From the NCBI RefSeq assembly GCF_009914755.1, contig NC_060933.1: a stretch of 64,000 nt of DNA, one strand, 5' to 3'. The notes beneath the pieces were generated by a model that was not told where the DNA came from, did not search any database, and was given only the letters and a program-made list of their open reading frames with translations. This document shows, one piece after another, positions 55,401 to 64,000 of the stretch; the first letter of the stretch is position 1; every line of letters begins with the position of its first letter. The position numbers and the translations under genes were made by a program. This DNA comes from the human T2T-CHM13v2.0 reference genome, Homo sapiens.

Positions 55401-58400
55401 CCATTCCATTCCATTGCAATCGAGTTGATTCCATTGCTTTGCATTCCATTCCATTCCATTCCATTCCGGATGATTCCATTCCATTGCATTCCATTCCATT
55501 CCATTCCCCTGCACTCGGGTTGATTCCATTCCATTCCACTCCATTCCGTTCCATTCCATTCCATTGCATTGTATTCGGGTTAATTCCATTCCATTCCATT
55601 CCATTCCATTCCATTACATTACAATCGAGTTGATTCCATTCCATTCCATTCCATTCCAGTCCTTTCCATTCCATTCCACTCGGGTTGATTCCATTCTATT
55701 AGTTTCCATTCCATTCCATTCCCTTCCATTCCACTCTGGTTGATTCCATTCCTTTCCATTCCACTCGAATACATTCCCTCCTATTCCACTCGGAACGATT
55801 CCATTCCATTCCATTCCATTCCATTCCATTCCATTCCATTCCATTCCATTTCGTTCCATTCCATTCTATTCCGTGTCCTTCCATTCCATTCCATTCCATT
55901 CCATTCCATTCCCCTGCAGTCGGGTTGTTTCCATTCCATTCCATTCCCTTCCATTCCATTCCATTCCATTCCATTCCGATCCGTTCCATTCCATTCCATT
56001 CCATTCTATTCGGGTTAATTCCATTCCATTCCATTCCATTCCATTCCATTCCTTTCCATTCCAATCGAGTTGATTCCATTCCATTCCATTCCATTCCATT
56101 CCACTCCATTCCAGTCCTTTCCATTCCATTCCACTCAGGTTGATTCCAATGTATTCCTTTCCATTCCATTCCATTCCATTGCAATCGAGTTGATTCCATT
56201 GCTTTGCATTCCATTCCATTCCTTTCCATTCCGGATGATTCCATTCCATTGCATTCCATTCCATTCCATTCCTCTCCATTCCATTGCACTCGGGTTGATT
56301 CCATTCCATTCCATTCCATTCCATTCCATTCCATTACATTACATTACATTACATTCCGTTCCTTTGTACTCGGGTTGATTCCATTCCATTGCATTCCATT
56401 CCCTTCCATTCCATTCCGTTCCATTCCATTACATTCGGATTGATTCAATTCAACTCCCTTACTCTCCATTACATTCCATTCCATTCGGGTTGTTCCATTC
56501 CATTCCATTCCATTCCACTCCATTCCATTGCGCTCGGGTTGATTCCATTCCATTCCATTCCATTCCATTCCATTCCATTCCATTCCGGATGATTCCATTC
56601 CATTGCATTCCGTCCCATTACATTCCCTTGCACTCGGGTTGATTCCATTCCATTCCATTCCATTCCATTCGATTCCATTCCATTCCAATTCTTTCCATTC
56701 CATTCTATTCCGTACCATTCCATTCCATTCCATACAATTCCATTCCATTCCATTCCACTCCGTTCCGTTCCTTTCCGTTCTGTTCCGTTCCATTCCATTC
56801 CATTCCATTCTATTCGGTTTAATTCCATTCCATTCCATTCCATTCCATTCCATTCCATTCCATTCCATTCTATTCCATTCCATTGCAATCGAGTTGAATC
56901 CATTGCATTCCATTCCATTCCATTCCATTCCATTCCGGAAGCTTCCATTCCATTGCATTCCATTCCATTCCATTCCATTCCATTCCATTCCATTCCATTG
57001 TACTCGGGTTGATTCCATTCCATTGCATTCCATTCCATTCCATTCCATTCCGTTCCATTCCATTCCATTACATTCGGATTGATTCTTTTCAACTCCCTTA
57101 CTCTCCATTACATTCCATTCCATTCGGGTTGTTCCATTCCATTCCATTCCATTCCACTCCATTCCATTGCACTCGGGTTGATTCCATTCCATTCCATTCC
57201 GGATGATTCCATTCCATTGCATTCCGTTCCATTACATTCCCCTGCACTCGGGTTGATTCCATTCCATTCCTTTCCATTCCATTCGATTCCATTCCATTCC
57301 CCTGCACGCGCGTTGATTCCATTCCATTCCATTCCATTCCATTCCATTCCATTCCATTCCTTTCCGTTCCATTCCATTCCATTCCATTCCATTCCGTTCC
57401 GTTCCATACCATTCCATTCCATTCTATTCGGGTTAATTCCATTCCATTCCATTCGATTGCAATCGAGTTGATTCCATTCCATTCCATACCATTCGATTGC
57501 AATCGAGTTGATTCCATTCCATTCCATTCCATTCCATTCCATTCCAGTCCTTTCCATTCCTTTCCATTCCATTACTGATGATTCCATTCTATTGCATTCC
57601 ATTCCATTCCATTACCCTGTACTCGGGTTGATTCCATTCCATTCCATTCCAATCCATGCCATTCCACTCGTGTTGATTCCATTCTTTCCTTTCCATTCAA
57701 GTTGAATCCATTCCATTGCATTCCATTCCATTCGATTCCATTCGATTGCACTCGGGTTGATTCCATTCCATTGCATTCCATTCCATTCCATTCCATTCCG
57801 TTCCATTCCATTTCATTACATTCAGATTGATTCTATTCCATTCCCTTACACTCCAATATATTCCAATCCATTCTGGTTGTTTCCATTCCATTCCATTCCA
57901 TTTCACTCCATTCCATTGCACTCGGGTTGATTCCATTCCATTCCATTCCATTGCATTCCATTCCATTCCATTCCGGATGATTCCATTCCATTGCATTCCA
58001 TTCCATTCCATTCACCTGCACTCGGGTTGATTCCATTTCATTCCATTCCATTACATTCCGTTCCATTCCATTCCATTCCATTCGGATTGATTCTATTCAA
58101 TTCCCTTACGCTCCATTACATTCCATTCCATTCGGGTAGTTTCCATTCCATTCCATTCCATTCCTCTCCATTCCATTGCACTCGGGTTGATTCCATTCCA
58201 TTCCATTCCATTCCATTCCATTCCATTCCATTCCATTCCATTACATTCCGTTCCATTGTACTCGGGTTGATTCCATTCCATTGCATTCCATTCCATTCCA
58301 TTCCATTCCATTCCATTCCATTCCATTCTGTTCCATTCCATTACATTCGGAGTGATTCTATTCAACTCCCTTACTCTCCATTACATTCCATTCCATTCGG

Positions 58401-61400
58401 GTTGTTCCATTCCATTCCATTCCATTCCACTCCATTCCATTGCACTCGGGTTGATTCCATTCCATTCCATTCCATTCCATTCCATTCCATTCCATTCCGG
58501 ATGATTCCATTCCATTGCATTCTTTTGCATTACATTCCCCTGTACTCGGGTTGATTCCATTCCATTCCATTCCATTCCATACGATTCCATTCCATTCCAA
58601 TTCTTTCCATTCCATTCTATTCCGTACCATGCCATTCCATTCCATACAATTCCATTCCATTCCATTCCACTCCGTTCCGTTCCATTCCGTTCCGTTCCGT
58701 TCCATTCCATTCCATTCCATTCTATTCGGGTTAATTCCATTCCATTCCATTCGATTGCAATCGAGTTGATTCCATTCCATTCCATTCCATTCCATTCCAT
58801 TCCATTCCTTTCCATTCCATTACGGATGATTCCATTCCATTGCATTGCATTCCATTCCATTCCCCTGTACTCGGGTTGATTCCATTCCATTCCATTCCAA
58901 TCCATGCCATTCCACTCGTGTTGATTCCATTCTTTCCATTCCGTTCAAGTTGAATCCATTCCATTGCCTTCCATTCCATCCCATTCCCCTGCAGTCGGGT
59001 TGATTCCATTCCATTCCATTCCATTCCATTCCATTCCATTCCATTCCGTTCCGTTCCGTTCCATTCCATTCCATTCCATTGTATTCGGGTTAATTCCATT
59101 CCATTCCATTCCATTCCATTCCAATCGAGTTGATTCCATTCCATTCCATTCCATTCCATTCCACTGCATTCCAGTCCTTTCCATTACATTCCACTCGGGT
59201 TGATTCCAATGTATTCCCTTCCATTCCATTCCATTCCATTGCAATCGAGTTGATTCCATTGCTTTGCATTCCATTCCATTCCGGATGATACCATTCCATT
59301 GCATTCCATTCCATTAGATTCCCCTGCACTCGGGTTGATTCCATTCCATTCCACTCCATTCCGTTCCATTCCATTCCATTCCATTTTATTCGGGTTAATT
59401 CCATTGCATTCCATTCCATTCCATTCCATTCCATTCCATTCCGTTGCATTCCATTCCATTACATTCGGATTGATTCTATTCAACTCCCTTACTCTCCATT
59501 ACATTCCATTCCATTCGGGTTGTTCCATTCCATTCCATTCCATTCCATTCCATTCCATTGCACTCGGGTTGATTCCATTCCATTCCATTCCATTCCATTC
59601 CATTGCGGATGATTCCATTCCATTGCATTCCGTTCCATTACATTCCCCTGCACTCGCGTTGATTCCATTCCATTCCATTCCATTCCATTCAATTCCATTC
59701 CATTACAATTCGTTCCATTCCATTCTATTCCGTACCATTCCATGCCGTTCCATACCATTCCATTCCATTCCATTCCATTCCGTTCCATTCCGTTCCATTA
59801 CATTCCATTCCATTCTATTCGAATTAATTCCATTCCATTCCATTCCATTCCATTCTATTCCATTCCATTGCAATCGAGTTGAACCCATTGCATTTCATTC
59901 CATTCCATTCCATTCCATTCCATTCCGGAAGATTCCATTCCATTGCATTCCATTCCAATCCATTCCCCTGCACTCGAGTTGATTCCATTCCATTCCATTC
60001 CATTCCATTCCATTCCGTTCCGTTCCGTTCCATTCCAATCCATTACATTCGGATTCATTCTATTCAACTCCCTTACTCTCCATTACATTCCATTCCATTC
60101 GGGTTGTTCCATTCCATTCCATTCCATTCCACTCCATTCCATTGCACTCGGGTTGATTCCATTCCATTCCATTCCATTCCATTCCATTCCATTCCATTCC
60201 GGAAGATTCCATTCCATTGCATTCCATTCCATTCCATTCCCCTGCACTCGCGTTGATTCCATTCCATTCCATTCTATTCCATTCCATTCCCTTCCTTTCC
60301 GTTCCATTCCATTCCATTCCATTCCATTCCATTCCATTCCGTTCCGTTCCATTCCATTCCATTCCATTCCATTACAATCGAGTTGATTCCATTCCATTCC
60401 ATTCCATTCCAGTCTTTTCCATTCCATTCCTCTCGGGTTGATTCCACTCTATTAGTTTCCATTCCATTCCATTCCCTTCCATTCCACTCTGGTTGATTCC
60501 ATTCCTTTCCATTCCACTCGAATACATTCCCTCCTATTCCACTCGTAACGATTCCATTCCATTCCATTCCATTCCATTCCATTCCATTCCATTTCGTTCC
60601 ATTCCATTCTATTCCGTATCATTCCATTCCATTCCATTCCCTTCCATTCCATTCCATTCCATTCCATTTCGTTCCATTCCATTCTATTCGGGTTAATTCC
60701 ATTCCATTCCATTCGATTGCAATCGAGTTGATTCCATTCCATTCCATTCCATTCCATTCCATTCCATTCCATTCCGGAAGATTCCATTCCATTGCATTCC
60801 ATTCCATTCCATTCCCCTGCACTCGCGTTGATTCCATTCCATTCCATTCCATTCCATTCCGTTCCGTTCCGTTCCATTCCATTCTATTCCATTCCATTCC
60901 ATTCCGTTCCGTTCCATTCCATTCCATTCCATTCTATTCGGGTTAATTCCATTCCATTCCATTCGATTGCAATCGAGTTGATTCCATTCCATTCCATTCC
61001 ATTCCATTCCATTCCTTTCCATTCCATTACGGATGATTCCATTCCATTGCATTCCATTCCATTCCATTCCCCTGTACTCGGGTTGATTCCATTCCATTCC
61101 ATTCCAATCCATGCCATTCCACTCGTGTTGATTCCATTCTTTCCATTCCATTCAAGTTGAATCCATTCCATTGCATTCCATTCCATTCGATTCCATTCGA
61201 TTGCACTCGGGTTGATTCCATTCCATTGCATTCCATTCCATTCTATTCCATTCCATTCCATTCCATTCCATTCCATTCCATTCCATTCCATTCCATTACA
61301 TTCGAATTGATTCTATTCAATTCCCTTACACTCCATTACATTCCATTCCATTCGGGTAGTTTCCATTCAATTCCATTCCATTCCTCTCCATTCCATTGCA

Positions 61401-64000
61401 CTCGGGTTGATTCCATTCCATTGCATTCCATTCCATTCCATTCAATTCCATTCCGTTCCATTCCGTTCCATTACATTCGGATTGATTCTATTCAACTCCC
61501 TTACTCTCCATTACATTCCATTCCATTCGGGTTGTTCCATTCCATTCCATTCCATTCCACTCCATTCCATTGCACTCGGGTTGATTCCATTCCATTCCAT
61601 TCCATTCCATTCCGGAAGATTCCATTCCATTGCATTCCATTCCATTCCATTCCCCTGCACTCGCGTTGATTCCATTCCATTCCATTCTATTCCATTCCAT
61701 TCCCTTCCTTTCCGTTCCATTCCATTCCATTCCATTCCATTCCATTCCATTCCGTTCCGTTCCATTCCATTCCATTCCATTCCATTCTATTCGGGTTAAT
61801 TCCATTCCATTCCATTCGATTGCAATCGAGTTGATTCCATTCCATTCCATTCCATTCCATTCCATTCAATTCCATTCCTTTCCATTCCATTACGGATGAT
61901 TCCATTCCATTGCATTCCATTCCATTCCATTCCCCTGTACTCGGGTTGATTCCATTCCATTCCATTCCAATCCATGCCATTCCACTCGTGTTGATTCCAT
62001 TCTTTCCATTCCATTCAAGTTGAATCCATTCCATTGCATTCTTTTCCATTCGATTCCATTCGATTGCACTCGGGTTGATTCCATTCCATTGCATTCCATT
62101 CCATTCCAATCCATTCCATTCCATTCCATTCCATTCCGTTCAATTCCATTCCAATCCATTCCATTCCATTCCATTCCATTCCGTTTCATTCCATTCCATT
62201 ACATTCGGATTGATTCTATTCAATTCCCTTACACTCCATTACATTCCATTCCATTCGGGTAGTTTCCATTAAATTCCATTCCATTCCTCTCCATTCCATT
62301 GAACTCGGGTTGATTCCATTCCATTGCATTCCATTCCATTCCATTCAATTCCATTCCGTTCCATTCCATTCCATTACATTCGGATTGATTCTATTCAACT
62401 CCCTTACTCTCCATTACATTCCATTCCATTCGGGTTGTTCCATTCCATTCCATTCCATTCCACTCCATTCCATTGCACTCGGGTTTATTCCATTCCATTC
62501 CATTCCATTCCATTCCATTCCATTCCGTTCCATTCCGGAAGATTCCATTCCATTGCATTCCATTCCATTCCATTCCCCTGCACTCGCTTTGATTCCATTC
62601 CATTCCATTCCATTCCATTTCATTCCATTCCTTTCCGTTCCATTCCATTCCATTCCATTCCATTCCGTTCCGTTCCGTTCCATTCCATTCCATTCCATTC
62701 TATTCGGGTTAATTCCATTCCATTCCATTCGATTGCAATCGAGTTGATTCCATTCCATTCCATTCCATTCCATTCCATTCCATTCCATTCCATTCCTTTC
62801 CATTTCATTACGGATGATTCCATTCCATTGCATTCCATTCCATTCCATTCCCCTGTACTCGGGTTGATTCCATTCCATTCCATTCCAATCCATGCCATTC
62901 CACTCGTGTTGATTCCATTCTTTCCATTCCATTCAAGTTGAATCCATTCCATTGCATTCCATTCCATTCCATTCCCCTGCAGTCGGGTTGATTCCATTCC
63001 ATTCCATTCCATTCCATTCCATTCAATTCCATTCCATTACAATTCGTTCCATAACATTCTATTCCGTAGCATTCCGTTCCATTCCATAACATTCCATTCC
63101 ATTCCATTCCATTCCATTCCATTCCGTTCCATTCTGTTCCATTCCATTCCATTCCATTCTATTCAGATTAATTCCATTCCATTCCATTCCATTCCATTCC
63201 ATTCCATTCCGGATGATTCCATTCGATTGCATTCCGTTCCATTACATTCCCCTGCACTCGCGTTGATTCCATTCCATTCCATTCCATTCCATTCAATTCC
63301 ATTCCATTACAATTCGTTCCATTCCATTCTATTCTGTACCATTCCATTCCATTCCATACCATACCATTCCATTCCATTCCATTCCATTCCGTTCCATTCC
63401 GTTCCATTCCATTCCATTCCATTCTATTCGGGTTAATTCCATTCCATTCCATTCCATTCCATTCCATTCCATTCTATTCCATTGCATTGCAATCGAGTTG
63501 AATCCATTGCATTTCATTCCATTCCATTCCATTCCATTCCGGAAGATTCCATTCCATTGCATTCCATTCCATTCCATTCCCCTGCACTCGCGTTGATTCC
63601 ATTCCATTCCATTCCATTCCATTCCATCCATTCCGTTCCGTTCCGTTCCATTCCATTCTATTCCATTCCATTCCATTCCGTTCCGTTCCATTCCATTCCA
63701 TTCCATTCTATTCGGGTTAATTCCATTCCATTCCATTCGATTGCAATCGAGTTGATTCCATTCCATTCCATTCCATTCCATTCCTTTCCATTCCATTTCG
63801 GATGATTCCATTCCATTGCATTCCATTCCATTCCATTCCCCTGTACTCGGGTTGATTCCATTCCATTCCATTCCAATTCTTGTCCTTCCACTCGTGTTGA
63901 TTCCATTCTTTCCATTCCATTCAAGTTGAATCCATTCCATTGCATTCCATTCCATTTGATTCCATTCGATTGCACTCGGGTTGATTCCATTCCGTTGCAT
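34466..64000 (-). repeat. Satellite III (HSat3) array in inverted orientation (CATTC on +)
   Basis: Continuous (CATTC)n with ACTCGGGTTGAT, AATCGAGTTGAT and CTATTCGGGTTAAT, the reverse complements of the left-arm modules. Confidence 0.97.
39100..50050 (-). repeat. ~5.45 kb tandem duplication / higher-order repeat (~39100-44560 and ~44560-50050)
   Basis: Near-identical ORFs at 39237/44703, 42137/47583, 42273/47719 and 43571/49002. Shared rare variants: GATACCTTTAATT (~40328/~45799), TTCCGTTACA (~39531/~44997), GGAAGACTCC (~43619/~49050), CATTGCGTT (~44262/~49688) and EcoRI (42269/47715). Confidence 0.9.

Larger units (their letters stand above)
16951..64000. repeat. HSat3 sequence domain B (present on both sides of the inversion)
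   Basis: Characteristic modules: GGAGAGTAAGGGAGTTGAATAG (first at ~17310), ATCGTTCCGAGTGGAATAGGAGGGAATGTATTCGAG (first, variant, at 17583), GGAAACTACCCGA, GGATTCAACTTGAATGGAATGGAAAGAATGG, ATCAACGCGAG and GGAATCTTCCGG. The same modules occur reverse-complemented after 34466. Confidence 0.75.

Noticed and set aside
17583-60552. CRISPR-like pattern of a ~36 bp conserved cassette with intervening sequence
   Set aside because: Spacing is 0.66-7.4 kb and irregular, the intervening DNA is satellite rather than unique spacers, there are no cas genes, and the context is eukaryotic.
1-64000. Hundreds of ORFs of 60-365 aa (MEWNG... / IPFHS...)
   Set aside because: They are direct translations of (GGAAT)n and (ATTCC)n, which contain no stop codon in any frame. 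They overlap in all six frames and show no domain or gene structure.
1-64000. HSat2 or alpha/beta satellite assignment
   Set aside because: It lacks the dominant CATTCGATTC/GATGAT ~23-26 bp HSat2 pattern and any 171 bp or 68 bp monomer. Long pure GGAAT runs with CAACCCGAGT indicate HSat3.
1-64000. Assignment to a specific chromosome or HSat3 subfamily (e.g. chromosome 9q12)
   Set aside because: Plausible given the strand switch and HSE motifs, but it needs a k-mer or alignment search that I cannot run.
1-64000. Alu/L1 or other transposon insertion
   Set aside because: No non-satellite stretch longer than ~40 bp, poly(A) tail or target-site duplication was seen.

Overview
The whole 64 kb window is primate (human-type) satellite III (HSat3) DNA: a (GGAAT)n/(ATTCC)n pentamer array with the interspersed CAACCCGAGT motif and related variant modules. 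I can support no protein-coding gene, RNA gene, transposon or CRISPR array, and every ORF in the track is a translation of the pentamer (MEWNG / IPFHS). The array does have internal structure: (1) one sharp strand switch at ~34,465, with a ~450 bp atypical segment on its left; (2) two sequence domains with different module vocabularies, A (1 to ~16.95 kb) and B (~16.95 kb to the end, present in both orientations); (3) recent ~5.3 kb and ~5.45 kb tandem duplications plus longer-range (~24-26 kb) and inverted paralogies; (4) about 25 perfect three-unit heat-shock elements (GGAATCTTCCGGAAT), seen only in domain B; (5) pentamer register slips that are almost all -1. All counts and alignments were made by eye. 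Chromosome and subfamily cannot be assigned without a search.
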